A stretch of DNA of 64,000 nucleotides from the NCBI RefSeq assembly GCF_006345805.1, contig NC_043002.1, positions 85,498,001-85,562,000 on the forward strand, read 5' to 3'. Below the pieces are notes generated by a model. It did no database searches. It was not told the origin of the DNA and saw nothing but the letters and a program-made list of their open reading frames with translations. Each line of letters begins with the position of its first letter. Within the stretch, counting starts at the first letter, position 1. This document shows, piece by piece, positions 38,368 to 49,410 of this stretch. This stretch comes from Octopus sinensis. Lineage: Eukaryota. The translations under genes and the position numbers were made by a program.

Positions 38368-38767
38368 GTGTGTGTGTGTGTGTGGGGTGGGTGGTTGGGT
38401 CTTTGTACAAACATGTGGGCTTGGGTTTTCTTTTCTGTCTTTACTTGAAAATATCGATTTGAAATTCATGACAGTGCTGTCATGAAGATCTTTTACATTT
38501 TTATAGGATGCCATGTGTTAGATTTTCTCTCCGAGGGAGGCAAGCTAAAGTGATATTTATAAACTACAGCTCTCACATTTTCACCTTGTCTGATATACGT
38601 AGACGGATGGAAGCTACTTCTATTCATCCTATTATAATTACATTAGAGAACTAAAGGAGGTGGTGGTTGTGATTGGTAGTGTTGTTGCTGATGGCAGATA
38701 TAGAGGTAGGAATGCACCAGTGGTGTGAGAAAGATACAGTGGGACAGATATCATGATCATCATCATG

Positions 38768-39060
38768 ATCATCATTTAGCGTCTGCTTTCCATGCTACCA
38801 TGGGTTGGACGATTTTGACCGAGGGCTGGCGAACCAGATGGCTGCACCAGGATCCAATCTTGATCTAGCAGAGTTTCTACAGCTGAATGCCCTTCCTAAT
38901 GCCAACCACTCCGAGAGTGTAGTGGGTGCTTTTTACATGCCACCAGCACGGGTGCCAGTCAGGCGGTACTGGCAACGACCTCGCTCGAATCTTTTTACAC
39001 GTGCCACCGGCATAGGTGCCAGTGAAGCGACGTTGGTAACGATAGCGACATTGGTAACGA
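38768..39060 (-). mobile_element. SINE family A
   Basis: atcatttagcgtctgctttccatgctaccatgggttggacg... Confidence 0.88.
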
Positions 39061-39084
39061 TAATATAAAGTATATCTTTTCTCA

Positions 39085-39470
39085 TTTTTCTTTCACTTGT
39101 TTCAGTCATTGGACTGAGCCATGCTAGAGCACCACCTTGAAGGGTTTTAAGTTGAACAAATTTGCCCCAGTGCTTACATTTTTATATAAAGTCTAGTATT
39201 TATTCTATCAATCGCTTTTGTTGAACCACAAAGTTACCCTGATGTAAACAAACCAACACTGGTTGTCAAGCAGTGGTAGGGGATAAACACATGCACACAC
39301 ACACACATATACGCACAACTTCTTTCAGTTTTTTGTGCCAAATCAACTCACAAGGCTTTGGTCAGCCTGGAGCTATAATAGAAAACACTTGCCTACAGTG
39401 CCATGCAGTTGGACTGAATCTGGAACCATGTAATTGAGAAGCAAACTTCTTTCTATGCAGTAATGCCTGT
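39085..39470 (-). mobile_element. SINE family D
   Basis: cacttgtttcagtcattggactg...ggaaccatgt. Confidence 0.75.
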
Positions 39471-39799
39471 ATCTATGTTTTTATAAAGTAATAATGGTGT
39501 CACACTTTGGCTCAAAGCCAGTAATTTTAAGGGAAGCAGGTAAGTCTATTACATGACTCCCAGTGTTCCATTGGTACTTATCTTATCAACCCCAAAAGGA
39601 TGAAAGATAAAGTTGACCTTGGCAGTATTTGAACTTGAAACATAAAGAGCTAAAAGAAATAGCTTAAGAATTTTTTGTAATAGACATACAATTTTACTAG
39701 TTCGCTACCTGTGGGAATAAAGTAACGATGATAACAATTCACTAAGTATACCAAGTATACCCACCCCAATACTTGAGGAGTATACATACAACATGTATA

Positions 39800-40095
39800 G
39801 GTGCAGGTATGGCTGTATGGTAAGAAGCGGTGAGCTGGCAGAAACATTAGCACGCCAGGTGAAATGCATAGCAGTATTTCGTCTGCTATTACATTCTGAG
39901 TTCAAATTCTGCCGAGGTCAGCTTTGCCTTTCATCCTTTCGGGGTCGATGAATTAAGTACCAGTAATGCACTGGGGGTGATGTAATAGACTCAATCCCTT
40001 TGCCTGTCCTTGTGTGTCCCCTCTCTGTTTACCTCCTTGTGGGAAATAAAGAAATAAAGAAATAAGAAACCTGCTTCCCAACCACATGGTTCCTG
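39800..40095 (+). mobile_element. SINE C nested in the head of a SINE D
   Basis: gcaggtatggctgtatggtaagaagc | SINE C (~39826-40062) | taagaaacctgcttcccaaccacatggttcc. Confidence 0.85.
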
Positions 40096-41194
40096 GTGGT
40101 GGTGGTGGTGAGGAGGAGGAGGAGTGATTTTTATCTGGCAGTATAAAAGAAATATTACTAAAGTCTGTAATTCACTGAAGAGATCTAATAAGACCAAAAC
40201 ATGGCCAGAATTGTCAATACACCCTACCAAGATCAACATCCCTTCCCCTTGCATTGCCCACATTTTATTTCTTAATTAATTTTAATTAATTATAATTCTG
40301 TGGAGGTTTCCCTGCTTTTTTTAAAATTAGAATTTATAACTAAGCTAATGATAATTTTATCACACTATGAAAGAGATTTCAGTCGATTATAAACCCTTGG
40401 CTTATTACATTAATTATATGTACACCTATCTTACATCTATTTAGTCAAGTTTGAAAAGATTACGGAATTTTCCCACGTTGATTAGTCAGCAAATTAGTAA
40501 TGTTAGCTGCTTTATAATTAAATTTGATGCTGCATGGAAAAACACTTGGTATTATCATAGTCTTGAACTAAATTTCATTTATCTTACTAAAAGATAAAAA
40601 CCAATGATTGGACATTCATGCTGGCTGCAAATAAATTTAGGAATTGCTGACCCCCCACAAAAATAGGGGATAGCTTATCTGTGGATTATTTCAAATTTGG
40701 CAACAAGTCTATGTAAACTGATAAATTCATCCAACATGGGAATGCTTCTGTTGGTAAACAAGTAACGAGTAATTATGTTGTTTAGAACAATTATTTTACA
40801 GCCATTGGACCGTGTGTGTTCAGAGTTAATTTCAAGGATTTTTATTGATCATTTTGACATCTGTATAGCTTTCAATCTGGTACTTATTTTATTTATCACT
40901 CACTTTATGTCATTTGGCTCAGTTATCTTTTGACATCGAGAGATGCAATTTAACACGGCCTTACTTGTGTATACACACACAAACATAAGTATATTTGTGT
41001 GTGGTGTGTATGTGTAAGAATATGTAAGTGTAAATATGGTGCATATATAGAGTACTTGTTATAAAAGGTGGAGTATATTATATTATATATGCAGAGCTGG
41101 CTTCTCATATTTCTTGACTTTAAATTTCATATTCCACATATTTGATACCCAGCAGATACATTCTTGCATGAGTTTATGCATATATGTATGTGTA

Positions 41195-41232
<38 letters not shown>

Positions 41233-41235
<3 letters not shown>

Positions 41236-41631
41236 TTATATATAAAACTAAAGTTGTGTGTCTGTCTCCTATGATTTAGATTCCTAACTACTCCCACATT
41301 TTGCGGTGCAGTGTAACCAAAAGCGGGTATCTTATAGGCGTGATTCATATCGAGCCCTTCTGGGTATTAGTGCACATCTACGATGAGTCTATGATTTAAA
41401 AAAAAAATTTACCATCATTTTTCCCCATTTTTTAATGCATTTTTTGCTATTATATAAGGGAAGTAACTCTCTAAAAATGTATTATTAAATCTCAGAATGT
41501 AAAAAGCTGCAGTAACACCCCCCCTCTTTGTGGTTAGCCATATTGAGATGGCTATTATACTTTACATCTCTAAAAATGCTTATATAGTTATTTCCCTTAC
41601 AAACCCGAGCAACACCGGGCGATACTGCTAG
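41233..41631 (+). mobile_element. Non-autonomous Helitron, copy 1
   Basis: A|TC start (tctttatatataaaactaaag); 3' hairpin cccgagcaacaccggg then CTAG|T; no TSD. Confidence 0.85.
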
Positions 41632-41935
41632 TATATATATAAAGATGAGAATGTGTGTCTGGCTGTCTGTGTGAATTCCTAAAACTTGAGAACTACGCAA
41701 CCAATTTCATTCAAATTTTACACATGCCTTACTTAGAGTCCATGTAGTGTCATAGGCCAAAAACAATTTTTAACGTTTTGCCTAGTGCGAGCCCACAGCA
41801 ATATCATATCTTCTCCACTATTTCAGTATTATGTGTCAAAAGTGAAACAATAACATATCTCTATTGTAATGTCAGATACTTTCACTTTAATACTGAAACT
41901 ATTAAAGTGAAACTATTATCTCACATATATACAGG
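41632..41935 (+). mobile_element. 5' part of a second Helitron-N family
   Basis: tatatatataaagatgagaatgtgtgtctggctgtctg...aactacgcaaccaatttcattcaaattttacac, typical of Helitron-N 5' regions; repeated at 42411-42720. Confidence 0.6.
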
Positions 41936-42014
41936 CATACATACATATATACATATATATAATATGTATATATTGTGTATATATATATATATATATAATA
42001 TATATATATATATA

Positions 42015-42410
42015 TCTTTATATATAAAACTAAAGTTGTGTGTCTGTCTCCTATGATTTAGATTCCTAACTACTCCCACATTTTGCGGTGCAGTGTAACT
42101 AAAAGCGGGTATCTTATAGGCGTGATTCATATCGAGCCCTTCTGGGTATTAGTGCACATCTACGATGAGTCTATGATTTAAAAAAAAATTTACCATCATT
42201 TTTCCCCATTTTTTAATGCATTTTTTGCTATTATATAAGGAAGTAACTCTCTAAAAATGTATTATTAAATCTCAGAATGTAAAAAGCTGCAGTAACACCC
42301 CCCTCTTTGTGGTTAGCCATATTGAGATGGCTATTATACTTTACATCTCTAAAAATGCTTATATAGTTATTTCCCTTACAAACCCGAGCAACACCGGGCG
42401 ATACTGCTAG
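42015..42410 (+). mobile_element. Non-autonomous Helitron, copy 2 (tandem duplicate)
   Basis: Same as 41233-41631 except homopolymer lengths and gtaacc/gtaact; period 779-782 bp. Confidence 0.85.
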
Positions 42411-42939
42411 TATATATATAAAGATGAGAATGTGTGTCTGGCTGTCTGTGTGAATTCCTAAAACTTGAGAACTACGCAACCAATTTCATTCAAATTTTAC
42501 ACATGCCTTACTTAGAGTCCATGTAGTGTCATAGGCCAAAAAAAATTTTTAACGTTTTGCCTAGTGCGAGCCCACAGCAATATCATATCTTCTCCACTAT
42601 TTCAGTATTATGTGTCAAAAGTGAAACAATAACATATCTCTATTGTAATGTCAGATACTTTCACTTTAATACTGAAACTATTAAAGTGAAACTATTATCT
42701 CACATATATACAGGCATACATACATATATACATATATATAATATGTATATATTATGTATATATATATATATATTACTTATATGTAATGAGAACCAGCTAG
42801 GTGTTATTGCAGTTCCGTCCCCTTTCCTCTAGCTGTTGCATTCTGGATGTCCTGCCATCTCTAGAGTGTGTGGGTCTGAGAGAATATTTTTGCCTGTTTG
42901 AGATTGCACAGGCACTTAAGAAATTAATGAAAACATGAT

Positions 42940-43360
42940 GAGGCTGTGTGGTTAAGAAGTTTGCTTCCGAATCACTTGGTTTCAGGTTCAGTCCTGCTGT
43001 GTGGACCCTTGTGTCTTCTACTATAATGACAAGCTAATCAAAGCCTTGTGAATGGATTTGGTACACAGAAACTGAAAGACGCTCATTGTATAGTTGTGCG
43101 TGTGCGTGCGCTTGTGCACATGCAGGTGTGTGTATGTTTGTGTCTCCTTGCTTTGACATTGCATAATGTTGTGAATGAACGTCATTCATTTTCCATAATT
43201 TGCAAAAAAACATATCTGACCATAAGGAAATATTACCATGCTTGGAAACAGATGAAGCAACACGAAGGGCATCTGGCTGTAGAAAATCTGCCTCAATAAA
43301 CTCTGTCCAACCCCTGCAAGCATGGCAAAGTGGATATTAGAATAATGATGATGATGAGGA
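42940..43360 (+). mobile_element. Older SINE D copy followed by a SINE A 3' end
   Basis: ggctgtgtggttaagaagtttgcttcc head; ends gcatggcaaagtggatattagaataa(tga)n. Confidence 0.7.
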
Positions 43361-44339
43361 TGATGGTGGTGGTGGTAATTGTGATGGTGCTTGTAGTGTG
43401 GGCAGTTATGGTAGTAGTGGTGGTGGTGTTGGTGTTGGTGAATATTTTGGTGCTGCTGGTACTGGTTCTAGTATGTGTTGCCAAGCCATACTTGCTCATG
43501 AGTGAAAGCTGACCTTACTTGTACTTTCTCTCTTAATACAGCAGAGTATGATTCCAGCTGAGACTCAGCTGCTATTTCTACCAAGTCAAGCAACAACACA
43601 AGAACTCCCTTGTTGGCTTGTTATAAACTGTCATGCTCACAGTTAGAATACTGATCACCAAATTCCTTTAAACAGCTACTTCTGTTCTCTAAGTCTATTC
43701 AAGAACTTTACTGCTAACTGTGAATCCTGCTGATCAATGAATTAATACAAAGGAAACACCATCAATATTCAAAGAATAGAAATTTGAATATTTATTTTTC
43801 TGATGATTTAACTATAAATCAAGTTTGAAGCGCTGCTGAACATTCAGATTCGAAAAGCCAAAAGCAATCTCCTGCAAATGTTTCTACTGAATGCGAAAGG
43901 AAGAGCTGAAGCTGTACAAGTAGCCAAATGTCTAGCAAGAGAAGCACCAGCGATTAGATGAACGACGGCATAAAACAAGTTATTACTATCTGTTCTATAA
44001 ATGACATCAAAGATAGGCTGGATGAGTTTTGGGAAAGGTATTTCTATAAGACTATATCTATATAACATCTATATGAGAAATGCAGTTGGCATGCCTAGGT
44101 TGTTTGCCCATTCGTTTTAGATTATTGATATACATCCTTACAAATATGCTTATAGATTCACATAGAGTAATCTCACTCTCTTTGTGTGAGTGTGTGTGTT
44201 TGTGTGTGTGAGTGTATGTGTGTATGAATATAAATAAATGTAGTCTGTGCACACACACATATCTATGTATATGTGTGTTCATGTGAATATAATATATACC
44301 ACTGTTTGTGTGTATGTATGTGTATATATATGCATGTGT

Positions 44340-45302
44340 GTATATATATTTATATATGCATGTATATATACATGTAGATGTCGGTACGTACATATATGTT
44401 TCTATGTATGCATATATTTTATTTATTACACAATTGTCTGACAGCGCTTCGCGTCGGGTTCGTTTGAATTTTCGATTTTTCGAATTCTCACTTCGTTCCA
44501 TCTCTTTCCTCCCAGTTTATTTTACAGTTTACTACAATGACGTGAAATTCTCTCCCTTTGCTTTGCCTTCCCCTCTCTCTTTCTCTCTCTGCCTCACCCT
44601 TCTCTCTAGCCTGTGTCTTCCTCTATCTGTCTCTCTCTCTCCCACTCCTCCTCACTTTCGTCACTGCTAATCCTTTCGCCTGTTGCATTCAGACCCTAAG
44701 GTCATGTTTCCCAGCGCTCGCCAATTACCTTTTCGTCCCCACCAGAACAAAGGCCTTCGTTCGTCTTTTTCGTTTATTCTCTTGTTTATTTTGATTTCTC
44801 GTATTGTAATTTAATTCTCGTTTTGTATTTTCTTGTACATGTATCTTTAATTTTGTATTTTTTCTTGTATTTTTTTTTGTGCAGTTCTTTGTTACGTTCT
44901 TTTTTGTGTTAGATTTTTTTCTTGCTCGTTTTACCCCTCTACAAGGTTATTTTATTTTAATTCTCTCGTAGGAAGGCCTTGCATGACCAGACGTGTCCTG
45001 TCTTGCCTTCGAAACATGCTATGTCTGCTAGCGATAGCTGATGAAGGGGAATTTTCCTTGTGCAGCATGTCCTGTACTTCGTTTTTCTGCTGTACATAAT
45101 GTTTTTCCCGTTTTCGATTTCGTCTTGTTCCACGTCTCTGTCCTTCTGTTGTAACAAAATGGCTTTTCCGTTTTCGTTTCTGTTGATTTTTACGTCTTCT
45201 TGTGGTGTCCTGTACGTATATATTTATATATGCATATATATATACATGTAGATGTCGGTACGTTCATATATGTTTGTATGTATGCATATATTTTATTTAT
45301 TA

Positions 45303-45305
<3 letters not shown>
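44340..45305 (+). mobile_element. Non-coding element with ~90-bp terminal direct repeats and a hammerhead-like core; Penelope/retrozyme-like
   Basis: Direct repeats at 44340-44431 and 45216-45305 (catgtagatgtcggtacg...tttatttattacac); CpG-rich interior; ccttcGAAAcatgctatGTC...CTGATGAagggg at 45005-45049. Confidence 0.55.
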
Positions 45306-45344
<39 letters not shown>

Positions 45345-46149
45345 GTGTGTGTATATATATATGTATGTATACGCACACACAAATATATGTGCATATACAT
45401 AAACATATGTGCATGTATGTACCCATTCATGTGTGAAGCTGTGAAGCTACTATTCTTAGAATTCCAAACCTAAAAAAAAGTTTCCTGATGAAAGCTTTCA
45501 ACCATTTAATGGAAGGCATGAACAGTTGTTTGAATGTTAATTTTTAATGTAAAATACTTATGTGACTTGTGATGCTTGACCAGAAATTTTGGGGCAGTTA
45601 TTTTGGTGTGGTAATAATGAAGTTTTTGAAAATTTTATGTAATGTTGTTTAGCTCCAAACCAGTTCTGATCAAACAGACCCATGATCAAAGGTGCTCCAA
45701 CTGTGATCGTTCTTGCTCCTCTGTTTTTTTTAATCCCAGTGTATCTAGGAACACATTATGCAATGTGCTGTCATTCTCCCACATATTTTTCTTTTAAAGA
45801 TGGCTGCATGTAATATAAGAGAAATTTGGCTGCTATTTCTAGTCAATTGAGTAACGACATAGAGGTTCTGTCATTGATGTAAAGTTTACATAAATTTCCA
45901 AATGCCATTTGCATAAATAAACTTCCAAACTTTCATGTAAAGTTTATTTTTATATCTTGGCATTTGGATATGCGTGTGTGTATGTGTATGCGTGTATGCA
46001 TGTGTGTATCTATTGTTAAGAAGTGTGTGTGTCTGTATGTGTATGTGTTGGTATCATTGTGTGTACCTGTGTCTTGTGTATGTGTCTATTGTTAAGAGGA
46101 AATGTGTGTGTCTGTGAGTGTTTGAGTGCACTTATCACTAAGAGGAAGT

Positions 46150-46191
<42 letters not shown>

Positions 46192-46868
46192 TGTCTATAT
46201 GTGCATTGTTAAGAGGAAATATTTGGTAAAGATTTCATCTCTTCTATTTTCATATTGTGCCACTTGATCTATGAATGACCTCAAGCTGCTGTGGCTGTTG
46301 TTATTATCCTAACTAGCTTCCCAGTTGCAGCTGTCTGACATGAACGATGCCAATAAAATGGTTAAATGCAATGCATTGGTCTTGTATCCTGGCAAGTTCA
46401 TGTTCATTCAATCTAGTTTATGAACTATGTTGTGTTGTTACTACTGTTTAGCTCCATGTTAGTTTCAACTGAGCAGGCCTATACTCAAAGGCATTCCAGA
46501 TGTGACCATCTCATTTATTTTGTGTATCAAGAACAATATTATCCATTGCGACTCTCCTAGCTAGCCTAGCTTTCAGTCTGGTTTTAGAACTGTGCTGTCT
46601 TTGCTGTTAGTGTTGTTGCTGTTCTTTGGGACAAGGTTAGCCCTGATTAAGTAGACCTATGATAGAGGCATTCCGGTTGTGGCCATCTGATCTTTTTGTG
46701 CACCAGGTGCTATGTTTTTCAATGTATCTTGTCCCTTTCTCCTTTTAATTAGTAGGTTTTGAATTGAAGGCATGTCGCTTTGTAGATAAGGTGTTAAGTT
46801 TACAATTATAAGATTGTGGATTCAGTTCTCAGGCAGTACCTTGTGTTTTGAGTAACAGATTCAGCAGC

Positions 46869-46913
<45 letters not shown>

Positions 46914-47049
46914 CTGTGCACATGTGTATGACACAAGGTAAAAAAAGTAGTTATTGCTGGTCTTTTGTTGTATGTCAACTCTGATCAAGAAAACCTCTCA
47001 TGAAAGATATTCCAGCCATGACCAGCTTGTCTTTGTTCAAGCATATAGG

Positions 47050-47212
47050 CACAGGTGTGGCTGGTCTGGTAAGAAGCTTGCTTCCCAACTACATGGTTCT
47101 GGGTTCAGTCCCACTATGTGGCACCTTGGGCAAGTGTCTTCTATTATAACCTCGGACTGACCAAAGCCTTGAGTAGATTTGGGTGAGAGAAACTGAAAGG
47201 AAGAAGCCTGTC

Positions 47213-47248
<36 letters not shown>

Positions 47249-47760
47249 TATATATATAGGAAATAGTAAAAAGTGAAAAAACTACAGAAGGCTTAAAGGT
47301 TTAAAAATATATATATTTGCGTCAATATGTCTGAAGAATATTAAAAAATTTTTTTCCTTACAATGACATAGTTTAGAAGAAAGACCGGTTTCGCGTTTAG
47401 TTTTTCAAATTTCTTACGACGTTATGTTTCACAAACCAACTTTCTTATCTATATATATATATATATTTGTGTGTGTGTATCTATATACACACATACATGT
47501 ATATACCTGTATGTATGTATGTATGTATGTATGTATGTATGTATGTATGTATATATCAATGTGTGTGTCTGTATTTGTCCCCCCCATCCCTCCTTGACAA
47601 CTGGTGTTGGTGTGTTTACGTCCGTATAAACACACCAAAAAAGACCGATAGGATAATTACTAGGCTTTAAAAAAATCCTGGAGTCAATTTGTTCAACTAA
47701 AATCCTTCAAGGTGGTGCTCCAGCTTGGCTATAGTCAAATGACTGAAACAAATAAAAGTA
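47050..47760 (+). mobile_element. SINE family D interrupted by a ~190-bp insert in its internal TA tract
   Basis: Head 47050-47215; insert 47259-47449; body and tail 47560-47760. Confidence 0.8.
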
Positions 47761-48894
47761 AAAAAAAAAAAAATAATGTATCTAGGACAAATAATTTTAT
47801 ATGTTCTTCCTTTGTTGAAATGGCAGTCTGAAATCAGAAAGAAATTTTGTCTGCTGTTTTTTCACAGGTTCAAATGACTGCAAAAAACTTCTATTAGCTT
47901 AAGGTGAGAAAGTAATTTTGTATGAAAGTAGGTTGACAGTGGCATCCTCTAAGGAACAGAGATAATTATGATAAAAACGTAGAATAGGAAACTACATCAT
48001 AGAATGTATTAAAAAATATAACAATTTCTTTTAATGTTGGTTCTTTGTTGTGGTACAAAAATAATTTGTTTGTTCGTTTTAGATATTTGATAGATTATCA
48101 ATGTCCTTTGTGCATGAGTGTGTTGTTAATCTCCAGGTAAACAAATAAATAACTTTTCCATATCGCTAGAAGTTGAATTACAGCAAATGGATACTTTGCA
48201 TCCATTAGTAAAAGAGATTAGCATTGATCTTAATCACAAAAGATAAAGCCATATCTAAAACCCTTGTCTGTAAATGAATGGCAGTAACTATGTTTGATAC
48301 TGTCTGAAAAACAAATAACTAAATGAATAAAGTCTATAAATGAAAGTAGTTTTGCTCTTTAAGAATTTTGGGTTAAGATCTTGAATGTAAATGTTCTAAT
48401 AGAAATTACTTTTACCAGAAAACTAAATACATTTTTAACATCATCATCATCGTTGCCATCATTACAACCACTACTTCCCTCACCATCACTTATTCTAAAA
48501 CATCACCATCTTACAAAAACAGTGTCATTCTCTTGTAATCTTCCATGAAGTTATACTTGGCCATTGTTCTGTTCATGTGTGAAAGACTTGGAGAAATGCA
48601 AGCATAGAAAAATAATCATTAAAACAATGATGATGATGGTGATGATGAATGATATGTATGTATACATCTGTGTGCTTGTGTGACTGAGTACGGATTACTT
48701 TTGTTTTGACATGTGCATGTTGATTACAAATAAAGATCACCATTCATAGAAATGGTGTTATTTGTTTGTAATCTGCCATGAAAGCATATTCTGACTTTGT
48801 TGTTCTGTAGATTAGAAAAATATGACCATGTTTGGAAACTGGTGGAAGTTGGCCACAAGGACAGTGTCTGTTTAAAATATATACTTCAACAAAG

Positions 48895-49052
48895 TGAGTG
48901 GCTGTGTGGTAAGTAGCTTGCTTACGAACCACATGGTTCCAGGTTCAGTCCCACTGCGTGGCACCTTGGGCAAGTATCTTCTACTATAGCCTCGGGCCGA
49001 CCAAAGGCTTGTGAGTGGACTTGGTAGATGGAAACTGAAAGAAGCCCATCGT

Positions 49053-49090
<38 letters not shown>

Positions 49091-49410
49091 GCGGTGCTCC
49101 AGCATGGCCGCAGTCAAATGACTGAAACAAGTAAAAGAGAGTAAAAGATATATATATATATATATATGTATGTGTATGTGTGTGTGTGTGTGTGTGTATA
49201 TGTTTGTGTGTCTGTGTTTGTCCCCCCAACATCGCTTGACAACCGATGCTGGTGTGTTTAGGTCCCTGTAGCTTAGCGGTTCGGCAAAAGAGACCGATAG
49301 AATAAGTACTAGGCTTACAAAGAATAAGTTCTGGGGTCGATTTGCTCGACTAAAGGTGGTGCTCCAGCATGGCCACAGTCAAATGACTGAAACAAGTAAA
49401 AGAGTAAAGT
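48895..49410 (+). mobile_element. SINE family D, young copy with an extra 3' tail inside its microsatellite
   Basis: Tail aaggcggtgctccagcatggccgcagtcaaatgactgaaacaagtaaaag at 49087-49148 and again at ~49353-49410. Confidence 0.9.

Noticed and set aside
43820-44045. Coding-like patch ending SINDIKDRLDEFWER
   Set aside because: Possibly a decayed CR1 C-terminus, but too short and interrupted to support
44058-44501. 147-aa minus-strand ORF
   Set aside because: Mostly microsatellite translation across the element boundary
47259-47449. Hammerhead half-site CGAAACCGGTC on the minus strand (~47383-47393)
   Set aside because: No CUGANGA at a compatible position and no stem II; kept only as an insert within SINE D
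47868-47903. 36-nt segment with strong acceptor and donor on +
   Set aside because: Stops in all three frames, and it overlaps a degenerate repeat (tttggctgctatttctag family)
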